Positions 34,878 through 35,340 of a DNA stretch of 35,340 nucleotides are shown in pieces (the stretch's first letter is position 1; every line of letters begins with the position of its first letter). Under the pieces are notes generated by a model that ran no database searches, was not told where the DNA came from, and saw only the letters and a list, made by a program, of their open reading frames with translations. Origin of the DNA: Catajapyx aquilonaris (Eukaryota); NCBI GenBank assembly GCA_000934665.2, contig KZ539090.1:1-35340 (forward strand), written 5' to 3'. The position numbers and the translations under genes were made by a program.

Positions 34878-35222
34878 TTTATTTTATTTTTTATTTATTT
34901 TTTTACTTTACCCCATTATCGGGCCCTGGGCCCTTGTTAGGGGAGTGGGATATCACCATGTTTGGAACCGTACATAATGTGTATGTTTTAATTGTTCCAA
35001 GGGTAAGTAGGAGGGGATGTCCAAAGTGCAAGTGCAATGTCGTATATTGGTCATTTTGTGAACTCCCCCGGGTGGATTAGTCTAGCGGAAATTTCCACCC
35101 GAGACGAAGCCAGAGATGGCTCAACTCTGCACGAGATGAAGGGGGGAACCCCGGGCTGGGATCAAACCCGGGACCTTATCATCCGTGGGCGCATGCGCTA
35201 CCGCAGCACCACTCTGCCTCCC
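34878..35222 (-). mobile_element. tRNA-derived SINE, head type B
   Basis: Exact 16-bp TSD TATTAATGCATGAGAT (34862-34877, 35223-35238); colinear with 17506-17863. Confidence 0.92.
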
Positions 35223-35340
35223 TATTAATGCATGAGATGTCGCAATGGGGCTGGCCAGAGCACTAACCGCATGGTGGCGTTAGTGGGCAATTGTGTGTAG
35301 CATTCTATCGATCATGAACTATTACATGTAAAATATCTGC

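Overview
Eukaryotic, probably arthropod (insect-like) genomic DNA that is mostly nested transposable elements. Two protein genes can be reconstructed. (1) A complete five-exon dihydrofolate reductase gene on + (CDS join 3090-3178, 3263-3418, 7977-8103, 16257-16369, 21491-21572; 567 nt, 188 aa). All introns are GT-AG and all phases are consistent. Introns 2-4 are inflated by nested MITEs, SINEs and a Helentron-like element. (2) A three-exon THAP/P-element-type transposase gene on + (26083-26314, 27743-29334, 29428-30533). Its first exon is frameshifted by a 111-bp MITE, and its catalytic glutamate appears replaced by valine. A possible first exon of a divergent gene lies 163 bp upstream of the DHFR ATG. 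The rest comprises Sola-, hAT-, PIF/Harbinger-, Tc1/mariner-, EnSpm- and Helitron-like non-autonomous elements, modular tRNA-derived SINEs and 5'-truncated LINE ends. Superfamily calls rest on TIR/TSD signatures read by eye, not on database searches. No rRNA, true tRNA or CRISPR array was seen. I see no firm evidence of a wholly new biological system; the best leads are the altered THAP transposase, the divergent exon and the nested palindromic elements in DHFR introns.
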